DNA from: Azolla caroliniana
Taxonomy: Eukaryota > Plantae > Polypodiophyta
Direction: 5' to 3'
DNA: 64,000 nt
Assembly: GCA_043228905.1 (NCBI GenBank)
Contig: JBHGNT010000005.1
Span: forward strand, 4,898,001 to 4,962,000
A program made the translations under genes and the position numbers. Of this stretch, positions 11,931 to 24,320 are shown piece after piece. The notes beneath the pieces were generated by a model. That model saw nothing but the letters and a program-made list of their open reading frames with translations. It was not told where the DNA came from and ran no database searches. The first letter of the stretch is position 1. The number at the start of each line of letters is the position of its first letter.

Positions 11931-14475
11931 CTAATCAGATGGTGGGGTAGACATTGGAGATTCTTTTCCATCCGATGGTTTGTCAGCTCCACAGCTTCTA
12001 CGATTACACTTCAATCGGAAAGGATAATTCATATTTCCACACTTGTCACAAGTCCAGCTACCATCTGGAGGTGTAGTTTCTGAAAAATGGTTAAGTTAAG
12101 CAGACTATATATATGTATGTACATATGCAGACATTTTCTGGCTACTAATTAGGATTCCACATTCTTTTAGAATAAAAGCAGGAAATTTCGAGTTTAGGGT
12201 TTAGGAAATTTTCTAGCTCATTCAAGATATACGCCCCACAGTAAATGTGATTTAACACATACACCCCTTTCTACATTTATCAAGTGTTGGCAAATATCAC
12301 AACAAGATACTAGTATAATATTACCAGACAATTATCTAAAAATTTCCTTTCCTAGGCATATGTTCAAATATAACTTTCATATTCATGCTGAAACTGTTCA
12401 ATAAGAAAGAGCGCTGTTTCCAGATAAAAAGAAAGAGATTGACAAGATGAATTAGTCAGATTGGTGGTAAAAACAAAGAAGCAAATAAACCTTCATAAAG
12501 ATATTGGTAAGAGTTTTTGTGCAAATGGTGACATGTTACTAGTACAATATTACCAGACAATTATCTACAAATTTCGAAGATGCATCTTCAGATATGACTT
12601 TCACATGCATGCTAAAGTGTTCAATAAGGATGGTTATTTCAAGATTTAAATAACCGAGATTGACAAGATGAATAAGTCATGTACGAGGCAAAAATAACAA
12701 GCAAAGTGAGTAAAACTTCCAGATTAATACCTGATGTGGAAGGCTTCCCTTGAAACTGAGGAGCCTGGCATATTTATAATAAGAATCACGGTAAGACTTT
12801 TGTCTTCTGCAGTGCCAAAAACAAATTTTTGAATATAGTCTCTACTTACAGGTGCATCAGGTTTAGGAGTACTGCATTTCTTCATGTTGCAAACTGTCCG
12901 AAAAGAGTAATTAGTGTTGCCACATTTTGGGCACGTCCAATCCCCATCCGATTTTGCATCTTGACCTACACAACTTCAAAGTTAATAGTATAAAAGGAAA
13001 ATTAGCTTTTAATTTTGTTAACCCGAAACTACCTCCTCTTCTTTTGCGAGAGCCATTCTCCTCTCGATACATTGCAGATCCCAAACCAGGAAGCTGTCAA
13101 CACCCATGAAACTCAATAAATGGAAAACCTATCACATGTTTACAACACCATTGGTACGGATCTCTAAGACTCTGTAATCGACTATCTCTTTCTTCAAGAA
13201 AACCATGTTTACTGTGATGTATACATGTTGACATGTATGATGCATTGTGGCTTCCTGGGATGAATGAAATGTGTCTATTATAAAAGAATATGATAGTATC
13301 AGATCTTTCGAAAGCAGAGTCAATCAATGGAGTCTGATATCCCTTATTATATCATGATCCATATTAGTATATCCATCAAGTCCAGGGTGAGATAACAATA
13401 TCTTTGAGCCCCTCTGATGATGGTCCAGTGATAGGAACCAATACCGAAAATTTCTATTACCATTTTTCAAATAGAAAAAAAAGAACCAGAGAAAAACATT
13501 AAGAAAAATGCAGAAAAAAAAAAAACTTTTACAGTTTGGTCAACAAATATCATTTTATCATTTCTAAGCTAGAAAAAACATTTCACAGTTTCTAGCTTAG
13601 CAAAAAAAATGTTTCATGCAACTATGATAAGAGAGATAGAAGCAAGAATAGAATACCATTGGCCCTCGTGGGATTCCTAAGCTCATACCATAACCTCCAT
13701 CCAACATTGATCCTGAACTATATCCTAAACCAGATGACATACCATACCCAACACCTGCCATAGAAAATACTGGAATTAGGAATTATACTGGGTAGCTTAG
13801 CTTCACCCATGAGAGAACATGGATGGGGGTATATGCTGAAATTTATTACCATATACAGGAATTAGAAATAAATTACAGTATTTTCCTTACCTCCACCCAT
13901 GAGAGCACTTGGAGGGGGCGCGTATGATGATTGCATGGGTATCGTATTGTAAGACGAAGGCATATTCAAAGAGCTAGTGTATTCATATGGTAAGCCAGCT
14001 GCTGAAGGAATACCCATAGGAACTCCATAGTTAGGTGTCAAACCCATTTGCATTGATGGTGGGCCACCTGTGCCGCTACCCATGTAAAGTGGGGCTGGCA
14101 TCTGCTCATGAACTTGAGAATACATTGGTGTTGCTCTCTGGAAAATGCAACCGTACATCATATACAAACTCTCATGAAATTGCTTTGAGTTAGGGAATCT
14201 ATAACTACACAATGTTTTACCTGTGGAGGAGCATATGCTGGTTTCGAAGCTCCACATTTCCTTAGATTGCATGTAGTCCTGAAGGAGAAGTTTATATTCC
14301 CACATTTTGGGCACGTCCAGTCTCCATCACCTTGTAGAGCTAGTATAATAAAGAATTCCAAAACCTATAAAACTAGTTTTTGATGGAAAATTGGAACCTG
14401 AAATAATCTAGTATCTACATTCCACCTACCATCTCCTCGAGCACGTTTTTGACCTCCAGGTCCCTTGTAATCCAT
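11931..14475 (-). CDS. RanBP2-type zinc-finger protein with three fingers (At1g67325-like, probably RNA-binding); 8 coding exons, 289 aa
   Basis: Exons: 14475-14430, 14339-14221, 14137-13891, 13754-13657, 13093-13033, 12965-12850, 12764-12731, 12079-11931. Total 870 nt, all introns GT-AG. Fingers: DWTCPKCGNINFSFRTTCNLRKC, DWTCPKCGNTNYSFRTVCNMKKC, SWTCDKCGNMNYPFRLKCNRRSC. Gly/Pro/Met/Tyr-rich linker and NLS-like SRKRRG. Confidence 0.93.
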
Positions 14476-17400
14476 CTGTAAGAAATCTCACTCTGAGTCT
14501 CACACTCTCGCATGCCCTCTCTTTCTCAGAATCCTTCCCCCCCTCCCTCCCCCCCCCTTCTCTCCCCTACACTTTGAAAGGATAAATAAGATCTTCAGAC
14601 TCTAGAATATCAAAGAAATCCAAATCACCAAATTCCTCAACCCTCAAAGGCTTCCTTTGAATACTTTCCTGACCCAGTACCCAACCATAAACATAGACAT
14701 TCATTCGCTTCCATACCCGTTCTCAAACAACAAAGCACAATCCAAGCTATCTTCATTATTGGAATCCATAGCAGCTATTGGTTCTAAATTAGATGAATTC
14801 AAGATTTCCACAAAGCTCTTTGAATCACCAGCACACTCTTTGACAATCTCCTCATGATTTAGTGTACCCTCGTTGATGTTATCAACAGGACTCTCCACAA
14901 TTCTCGCTGGCATTCTCCATTCCATAATTTTCCAAATGGTCACTATAATAAGAATATCTGTAGAACCCAGATCATTAACTGTCCCATCATCCTAACTCCA
15001 TGTGGTCACCAGTAAATATCTTCATCTGGTTTAAAACTTCCTTACTTCCATCATTTTATGCATACAGCTCTTCTTCCCATACTTCTGCAAACAACACAGA
15101 ATCAAAAATATCCCAACCACCAACATGATAAAACCAACCATATATTGATGTTGAGATCGCCAGTTACATCGAGTAAAATCTTAGGGCCACTTCACCACTC
15201 TCTCTAAAATCTTCCACCTCCATCCTTCTTCGATAAAGCTCTTCTTCTTAAATAGCTTCCAAATTTTCATTTCTGAAAACAAAAGTAAGCAGAAAGATCC
15301 CAACCACCAACAGCATAAAAACAGCCCTATATTGAATTTCAAAATCACCACTGCGAAGGAAAAACCTACAGCAACTTCACTCCACCCTCTCTAAGCTTAA
15401 ACGTTCCAATCTTTTAATGCATAAATATCTTCTTCCCACATACATCAAAAGGCACAAAAAGACAAAGCTATACCACTTCCACCCAAGACTTTACACAGAT
15501 AAAGATGCTTAAAAAAAATTATATACATTCATAAAATTGCAGACCAAATGGGACCGGTACTGTTCACTGTGCATTAGTTGAATAGAATGCACTCGAAGTT
15601 CTTCAAAACTGTTGTTTAATATTTGTAATGTTGTTCATAAATCAAGAGATATATATGCACACCAACACGAAACGAAAATGTACAATTTTCATCTCTGTAG
15701 TGCCGAGCCACTAAAAAAATTATTAAACCATCATGCATAGAGCAAAAACAACTCCGCTGTTTCTACTTGAGTCATCAATATCCAAGAATAGTAACTGAGT
15801 TCTATAACATCTTAAGATGCACACAAGTTTCACATTGCTTCATTGTGAGTTACAAGGAAGATTTGATGTGCCCTGAGGTAAATTGATGGGTTAGACCATA
15901 TGATATAGAATAAACAGCTTGAGACAGATGTAAACCACTTATACCATGAGGTAAGACGAAAGTAAGTTGGAGCATAGAACAGGGATTCTCTAAAGAACAT
16001 TTATGTGTAAGAGTATTATAGAAACCAAACAAGTTTTCCCTTTACTCACTATCTTTATAGGTCGATGCGTCACTAGATAGTAAGTGTTTTAAGTAAAGAA
16101 TCAGTAGATCATAGATGAATCGGGAAAAGTGTGACTGTTTCCACATGAGAATCAGCAAAGCTAACTACTTTTAATTGGAGTTTATGTGCAAACAGAATGC
16201 AGGAAATAAATGTGAAATTTAAGTCGTGATGCTTAATATGATTTATTAGAAACTAGGTTGGATAGTCTTTAGGTGTTGGAAGCAAACATGATAGCTTATA
16301 ATAAAAATTGACAAAATCAAAAAACCCAAAACTGTATACTCAGAATTTAATCCCAAACTAAAATATTGATGGTCATTAGAAGCACTAACCCTCCAGGGAG
16401 TCTAAAGATATTATTTTTAATAGAGTGAGCAATCTTAGATTTTTAAATATCTTAAGATACTACATGGAATACATGATGATGCCTTCTTCAACAGAAATTT
16501 AATGCCAAATTTCTCATTTGATCTGGATAATAGCATCAGTGCATATTTTTGAGGATCTAAAGTGAATAGTTTTGATATCAACATCAGCCAGGAAAAAATG
16601 TAGAATATGAGCTTGGTTGTACTGCAAGCATATTTAAGATATTTAAGCACTAGACACATACTATTTTTCCTGTCAGACCATAAGGCGCACATACTACTGA
16701 GATATGTTTAGCTCATATAAAATCAGCAAATTATCCTCACGTGGAAATGAGGAGATGGTTTATATTCTTCCACCGGTTTTTTTGGATCCCGAATCATGTT
16801 AATACATTCTCTATGAATATAGCATATCAAGCTGAAGTTTACCCCTTGAAAGTTTATAGTAGAGAATAAAAATCAAATATTCTTAGTGTTACTCCATATA
16901 GAGATCAGGAGACATAGAGAGTCTTTTGAGGGAGCTGTCCATACTTGATTACCCCATGGTGGAAATTTCCAGAGAGCAAAAATTTCAGATCCAGGGTCAA
17001 GCACCAAACCAAATAGTGGCGTGTTGAGGTTTGTCATTACATTCACACCGTTTTGTTTTAGAAAGCTATGGAAGTACAATTTTGTGGTTACCCCCATAGA
17101 CATAATTATATAGAAAGTTGTAACTTTTCTCAGATCTCATAAGCCATTATGGTCTTTTAGAGATGTCAATGCTTACATTTCTGAAGTTGTAATCTTTTTC
17201 AGGTCTCATAATTCATTATGATCTTTTAGAGACGTTAATACGTATCTTTTCTTCCATGTGTCTTTCTAACATCATATATTTTCATCTCCTCTCAGCCACA
17301 AAACCTATAATTATACATGAATCCATAAAAAATGTCAAAATACGATATGGACGGCATGGTTTCATAGTGTATTAACCTCGACTTCGTAGTGTATTTTCCA

Positions 17401-17737
17401 GTTAAGGCCCATCAAATATGTAAGATCCAAACTACTGTAGTTTTATTCCAGATTTTCGCACACGGAACAGATCAAGTAAACTCTACAAATATGTTTCCAC
17501 TCATTAAAGAGCAAGTAAATCCTAAAGCTTCTAGCAAATGTTGAGTCGACCTTAAACAATTCTACACGGTATTATTCGAATTAACCCTATAAAGCTTTCT
17601 ACACGGTAAGGCCACTTACACATACACAACAAAGATCACGTAAACCCCTGAGAAAAAAATACAGAGGTTTCAATAAACCAAGAAGACCGTGTGAAAAAAA
17701 AGGGAGTGGAGGGGGTTTGGGTTGAAAGGAAACTTAC

Positions 17738-17825
17738 AGGATATGAGAGAGAAAGTGATGAGCGATCCCTGTGAGACGTTGCTAGGGTTTAGAAGGAAAG
17801 CAGCAATGTCTGTCTGCAGGGTAAA
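17738..17825 (-). promoter_or_regulatory. Probable non-coding first exon (5' UTR) of the zinc-finger gene, containing a telo-box
   Basis: Strong donor CCT|GTAAGT at 17737, a pyrimidine-rich exon, AAACCCTA at 17790-17783, and (CA)n just upstream. The acceptor CAG lies directly before the ATG at 14475, implying a ~3.26 kb leader intron. Confidence 0.6.
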
Positions 17826-17831
17826 GAAAAT

Positions 17832-17835
<4 letters not shown>

Positions 17836-17880
<45 letters not shown>
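17836..17880. repeat. (GT)n microsatellite, about 22 units
   Basis: Directly visible. Confidence 0.95.
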
Positions 17881-17882
<2 letters not shown>

Positions 17883-17901
17883 TGTGCGTTTACACTGAGG
17901 C

Positions 17902-18231
17902 CTAGAGTTTACAACAAACTTTCATTCTCCCGTGGGGGGAGGAGACTATTAGTGGGGTGGGGGTTGGTAACTAGAAATGGTCGCTCGGCTCCCATGGACC
18001 GACCGACCCATGCACGCGCCTAGTAGGCTAGTTAGCAACTCGTAGTTGTCACTCACTCGACACCTATGCTAGAGTTTACAACAAACTTTCATTCTCCGGG
18101 GGGGAGACTATTAGTGGGGTGGGGGTTGGTAACTAGAAATGGTCGCTCCGCTCCCATGGACCGACCGACCCATGCATGCGCCTAGTAGGCTAGTTAGCAG
18201 CTCGTAGTTGTCACTCACTTAACACCTATGC
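17902..18231. repeat. Tandem duplication of a ~165-bp GC-rich unit
   Basis: Copy 1 is 17902-18068 and copy 2 is 18069-18231. Both run ctagagtttacaacaaactttcattctcc...acacctatgc with few differences. Confidence 0.95.
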
Positions 18232-19269
18232 AACCTGCCACTGACCCACTCTCAACATCCTATTACTCTCAGTTGCTGAGAATTGAATGCCAAAGAGGCA
18301 AGCACAAGGAAAGAACCCTAGTGGCTCTCACTCTTCCCCTCTTCTATTGCTTTTGTCTTCATCGTTGTCACGGCCTGCTTCCTTCCTTATCGTATATACA
18401 AATATTATACATCGGTTTTCTTCTATGCATGGAATTTTATCATTGTCTTGAAAGTGCCGCATCGTAAGAACAGAGTGCCCCGTAAGGAAGGCATAAAAAA
18501 AGAGTTGTGGTAGCTTTGTCACTTATACTCGTGTTCTTGTCATTGTCATCGCAATATGCTCTCACATCACATATATACATATGATATAGATTCATTACAT
18601 CGATCAAATGTATAAATAGAATTTCATTGGTATGTTTTTTTTTTTGCATTGTATTATGAGAAAGAAAGCAATATTAATGTCTTCTAAGACCAAAAATGGC
18701 CCATGAGACAATTGGTTTACAACAAAAAAGGGGTGTTTACCTGATCATTGAAAATAAAATAAAATAAAAATAGAACTTAAGCTAAATGAGTTATAGTATT
18801 GTACAAAGCATGTTATGGTGTGACATATTCAAATGGCTTTGTACTAGGCTTGGTTTCATTTCCATCGAAATCTCTCGAAAAGAATCAAGAGGTCAAAGGG
18901 TTTTCGATGTGGTGTGGCGTGTGGTACCCCAACCATAGCTTCTAGGTGGTGTAATTCACGTTTCCTTATCTTTTGAATTGCTTCTACACCACGTCGAGTT
19001 GCTTTGAAGCCCGACATCCGATGGCCTTTGGTTGTTCTTTGGTTTTTTACTTCAACAATAGAGAGGCCGAGTGGTGCATGTGTGTCCACATTCATTGTCT
19101 CCCCCTATCCCTGAAAAATTTCATTGGGTACATGTTGGTGAATATTAGAAAGGTTTGCCCAATTATTGTTAACATTTTGCAGCTTATTCTCTTGATGTTG
19201 TTTTAGCTCTAAGTTATACATACCTAATTTATTTGTATATGGAGTATCTAATCGTAGAGAGGGTGGGAG

Positions 19270-20300
19270 AGGGGCTGAGTATGTCTTGGTATTTTGCCCT
19301 TATTTCGGTGTAAGTTGCACACTTGCATGTAAAGTGATACTAATCTGAGTCCATCTCCATGTGACATAATCTACATATAATTTCCTCTCTAGGGACTCCA
19401 TTAGTTCATGCTCAATCTCAAGTTGGTGAGATGATATTCTAAGTTGTCCAATGACAACCCTTAGTGCATTTGGTAAGAAAGTATTTAGATATTTTGGTCG
19501 TGTAATGAAACCTAACTTAGAGAAGTGTATGAAGTGTTCCTTATAGTACAACATTTTAGATGGGAGTGGCTCTAATGGGTTGATCCATTTATATTGAGGG
19601 TAAAGTTGTTATATTTCTTGGCGTATTCCTTTATTACGGTCCTCATAAGAGATTAAAGTGTTATCAATATCGTGGTTGTGCCTAAGGGGAGGTAGGTTAT
19701 TAATGTCTAAATTTTTTGCAAGAAGCCAACTCACCACAATGTTATACCAAGAGCTGGTATCTCCGGACTCATATAATGATAGAGATGACTCAAAAGCTTG
19801 ATGAGATACCCTACCTTGTGGTTGGCTATGTATCCTGTGAATAAAAACTACAAGTTGGAAAAGTGCTTCTACTAACATCAAGGATAAAGTGAACCCTGCC
19901 CTAATAATATCATGTGGTACTATCAATTTGTTTCGGAGTTGACATGATAACATCGTCACTGATGGTCTCTCTAATTGCGTCCACATGAAGATGGTAGCCC
20001 TGGAGCCCAAAACACTCATTGATGCATACATGAGGAAAGGGGTCACTAATGAGGAGAATATAATATGCATGTAGGAGAAAATAAACTTAGGTAACTTATT
20101 CACTTTTACTCTTATGTTGTTGCCTTGTTGGATAGATTACCAATAAACATCCTTAGTGAGGTACATATGGAAAAAGAGTTTCAAACTTTCTTCCATGTTT
20201 ATAACACAATGCCATCTTTTCTTATGCCTATTAACATTTTGGTTGGTCCATGGACGTTTGAATAAAATGATCCATGCGAGTATAGTATTTTTTTTGGGGG
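19270..20300 (-). mobile_element. Degenerate non-LTR retrotransposon (LINE, RTE-like) ORF2 3' fragment
   Basis: LRVVIGQLRISSHQLEIE is a typical C-terminal motif, and WTQLERP...IVPHDIIRAGF resembles the 44.4-45.5 kb copy. Many stops and frameshifts. Confidence 0.7.
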
Positions 20301-21164
20301 GGGGAGGGGGGCATATTCAACTATTGATGTGAACTATATTTCTAATTATATAGTGAGTGGACAAACAATACTCCAAATTGCATCTAGTCTGGCATAGAGT
20401 GAGATGATAGGGAAGGAATGGGATATTTAGTTTCCTCTTTGTACATCAATAGTTCTTTTAACCTGGGGCAAAATAAACCTTCACCCTATATTAAAGGATG
20501 GAATATCTTCCTTCCATGGCTTAATTTTAATTCTAATGGATTTTACATCTTGGTTGCATAATGCATAACTGTCTTAACTTAGTTTGGCCTTCTTCAAGTC
20601 TTGACATTGTAATTCTATATATATTTTCCCTTGTTCGACTTATTGCTTCAAACAAAAGGAAAGTCTAAGGCAGTTTTCCTATGACAAAGCAAGGGTTTGT
20701 CCTTAATGTGCCTTTTACAATTATTTATAACCATATTGATTACGGGCATTCCCATATTGTAAATAACTAGAGAATATAGTTCTATGCATCGGAATAGATT
20801 AAATAAGATTACGTGTGTGTGTGTGCGCGCGCACGCGTGTTAAAAGAGAGTATTATACACCAAAGATGATAAAATCAGAAGCTAGTTAGGGAAATTTTAC
20901 AACAACGGATCCATAACGAAGGGAGTGTGAGTGAGATATCTAAAATATCCACTTCATTAATGTAAATGCATCTCTCATTCATCGAATAAATAGTGGACTT
21001 TAACATAAACACATCCCAATGAGTGTGTCTCCAAATGCAAGACGTGTGTGGTTGAACTTGTTACTTGGCACATATGTTATAAGTTTGATAGCTTGGGAAT
21101 GATTTATTGCTCGGTAGCAAATAGTATGGCTAGGCAATGCTTTGGAAATGATGATTTATTTTAG

Positions 21165-21702
21165 TGTTGAAGGAGGAATGAGCACTTAGAATTATTTGAG
21201 CCTAACCCTCAGAGTCTAAAGAAGTAGTAGTAGCTCTTATAATGAACCTCTTACGACCCATTGTGGAAGATAACTTGTGATCAATAAGGATTCGATTCGA
21301 CGACCCCTTTAGGGTTTGGCATAAGTTAATTTCCTTATCACATTATAATGAATGAACCACACATAAGTGGGGTTGAAGGCCTATGATATTATCCATATTT
21401 TTTACATATTCCGCATATGTAGCTCTTCGAGTTTCTCTCTTTCTATTATTTGCATTTTATTGTCACCATATGTCATTGAGCAGTATGTTATACGATTCTT
21501 ATATTTTGTAATTAGTTCGACTTTCATGGAGAGTGAAACCTCTAATGACTTAATGTTACTTTGATGTATTCTACCTATGTATCTTTCTCACTTTCACTTT
21601 TCCGTTTTGCATGCTATTATGATTAGATGTTGTTAGGGAGTATATCATAAGATTCTTGAAATTTGTTGGCTGCTCAACTTTTGTACATATCCACGATCAA
21701 CA
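21165..21702. mobile_element. Probable solo LTR, 538 bp
   Basis: TGTTGA...TCAACA termini (perfect 6-bp inverted ends) flanked by TTTAG/TTTTG, a 4/5 match to a 5-bp TSD. Confidence 0.5.
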
Positions 21703-23235
21703 TTTTGTTGCAACTACTTTGCGAGGATAGAATGTAATAAGCAAGCACAAGGGTAAACGATGTCAATGTACAATCTCATCAATATTTAGGAATCTATATT
21801 TAAAGGAGCCGCAAGGTGATATCGATAATGTTGTGGAGATTATATCTCCCTTATATCCATTCGATTCTATAAGTTGGCTTTTGTGGAGAAAATTCGCTTC
21901 TTTACCATCTTTATGGATTTTCTACAAATATTGAGTTTGCACAATCCCTAAACCATCATCATAATTGATAAAGTCTTGCATATTTATTACAATAGACACC
22001 CACATTATTTTTGAGTTATTTGCATCATATTTGAGCTATTCCATAGGCTTCGTTACATACAATAGAAACAACAAATTGGTGTGTGCCTCCTACATTCTTC
22101 TCTCACAATGCATCAACTAATAAAACATATTGTGAGTTCTCTTTTAGAATTTGATTGAACACCCTAACATATAATTACTTACATGTTACATTACTAACAC
22201 TTTATTGGGCAATGTTTCAAGGTGTGATCCTATATACCTAAAAGTGGCTAGTTGTAGGATAGGGAAGAAAATTGGTAGAGATGCAAAACCATGGATTAGG
22301 ATTAGGTCATGTTGTGAATCCAATAAGATTGGGTCAAACTAGTACAACAAAAAATGACAAGTAAGGGTTCTAAATTCTAATTATTACAATAGGTGAGCTT
22401 GATTAGATTAGAAACGAAACATTACATCGAAGATAAAGAAACTTATTACACTACAAATAAAGGGGTTAAATAATCAGAATAGGATAGGGGGGGATTTGTA
22501 GCAATAGGGGCAAGGGGTGGAATTCCTACAAAGTGTCACCATTGGAAAACAACGAGTAAGGAGTCTAATTCTTCTAACAGGGAAGCCAACTTGAATAAAG
22601 GGCAAAACAAGTAGCGCATAGGGGTGACAAATAATTGTTGAAGCCATGGATAAGAGTTGCAAATTGCTAAGATCAACGATATGGGAAATTTCATTTGTTT
22701 GGAGCATTGGGAATGTCACGTGGAAAAGGTGACAAAATATGGTTGTTAGCTATGGACAAGGATTTGGAAGGTAGAGAGGATGAGGGTAAAGGGGGACGTG
22801 AATAAAGATTATATCATGATACACGGGCCATGCTTGGTAGTTTTAAGACTTAAATGACAAAATCGATAGCAACACGGAGGCATGTGTGGGTAAAGTTAGT
22901 TTTTTTTTGGGGGGGGCGGTTGGGGAAGCATGCGAAATGAAGATCTCTATCGTGTGGAAAGAAACAACCATATGAGTGTGTGTGTGTGGTTGACGAAGGT
23001 AGAAGTAGTTGCACGAGTTTTCCGAGCGTAATCAATGAGAAGAAACATCTTTTTTGTCTTTTATCTTATCCACAAACAATTTACACACTACCCACCACCC
23101 ACCTAGCCATGCTCACACATGCCCCCCCCCCCACACACACACACACGCACACAAGCAAAATCTTCTACCATTGTAACTACTTCTAGGAGGAGGAGGAGGA
23201 GTACTAGTGATGACACTACTTCTAGTGACTCTATC

Positions 23236-23243
23236 TATATAAA
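23236..23243 (+). promoter_or_regulatory. TATA box of the glycine-rich protein gene
   Basis: CTATATAAAGG about 125 nt upstream of the ATG at 23364. Confidence 0.65.
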
Positions 23244-23363
23244 GGGGCACACGCCAACACTTTCCTTCATCCATTGACACTTTTCCATTTATTAGTGTAC
23301 TAGCTTTTTTCATGAGCTCTTAGCCTAGTAATCAGTAGAAACGCAATCCGCTTCATCAAAAGA

Positions 23364-24017
23364 ATGTCCCCGCCTTCGACTGCCGGTGGGTTCATGGCCC
23401 GCATGGATCATGCCAAGCTTGTGCTTTGGTCCCTAGCGGCCATCAGTTGTGCCGCCGCCATCATGCTCTCCGCCCATCCCGCCTCCTTCTCCGTGGCGGC
23501 CGCAGCAGCCCCTGTGAGCCCCACCAAGATCGCGAGCTATGCCACCCACGACGTGTATGTGGTGATGCCCAGCCCAGACGAGATGGAGGCCGCGGCAGAC
23601 ACGAAAGAGCCACTCGTTGCGCCCCTGGAGTTCGCCAAAAGCAAGAGCTCCGTGTCAAGCGAGACTATGGCGTGCCCGGCGTCATGCACCGCGGCTTTCT
23701 ACAGATACAACGACGGAAAGTATTACGACGGGTATGGAAATAGGGAAGGATACGATTACGGATTCGGATACGGATACGGTCATTCAAGAGGTTACAACTA
23801 CGGTGGCGGATATAGGCGTGGTAGCGGAGGCGGCGGGGGAGGTGGTGGTGGTGGTGGAGGCGGAGGAGGAGGAGGAGGAGGCGGCGGAAGCGGAAGCGGC
23901 GGCGGCGGCGGCGGCGGAGGCGGAGGGGGTAGTGGTAACGGTTGGCGACACGGTGCGTGTAGCTACGTGTTCGGCGCCACACCTGCAGGGAACCATGTTC
24001 AATGCAACATGGGTTAG
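23364..24017 (+). CDS. Intronless, putatively secreted glycine-rich (cell-wall GRP-like) protein, 217 aa
   Basis: GC-rich ORF in an AT-rich background, with an upstream TATA box. Hydrophobic N-terminal segment LVLWSLAAISCAAAIMLSA, a Gly/Tyr block (YDGYGNREGYDYGFGYGYG), a poly-Gly run and a Cys-containing tail. The true start could be M1, M11 or M14. Confidence 0.8.
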   Translation: MSPPSTAGGFMARMDHAKLVLWSLAAISCAAAIMLSAHPASFSVAAAAAPVSPTKIASYATHDVYVVMPSPDEMEAAADTKEPLVAPLEFAKSKSSVSSETMACPASCTAAFYRYNDGKYYDGYGNREGYDYGFGYGYGHSRGYNYGGGYRRGSGGGGGGGGGGGGGGGGGGGGGSGSGGGGGGGGGGGSGNGWRHGACSYVFGATPAGNHVQCNMG

Positions 24018-24140
24018 TCTCTCTTGCTCCTTCGTTGTAGTAGTAGTAGTTTCTTCTTCTTTCCAAAAAAGTAGTTTGTTGTTTTTTTTTATCTTCAAAA
24101 TTCACAAGAAGCTTTTTCGCTATATTGTTCCTTATGGATA

Positions 24141-24163
24141 GGCGGTAACATACTAGGAACGAT

Positions 24164-24207
<44 letters not shown>

Positions 24208-24268
24208 GGAAGGCGGGTAACATACTAAGGAACTACTACTACTAGGAAGGCAGGTAACATACTAAGGA

Positions 24269-24320
<52 letters not shown>

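Noticed and set aside
22223-22821. Possible second solo LTR upstream of the GRP gene
   Set aside because: It needs both a mutated terminus (TA for CA) and a 4/5 TSD (CAAGG/CACGG), which is too weak to call without copy-number data.
23426-24141. Alternative-frame and antisense ORFs over the GRP gene
   Set aside because: Shadow ORFs caused by high GC content and GGN repeats.
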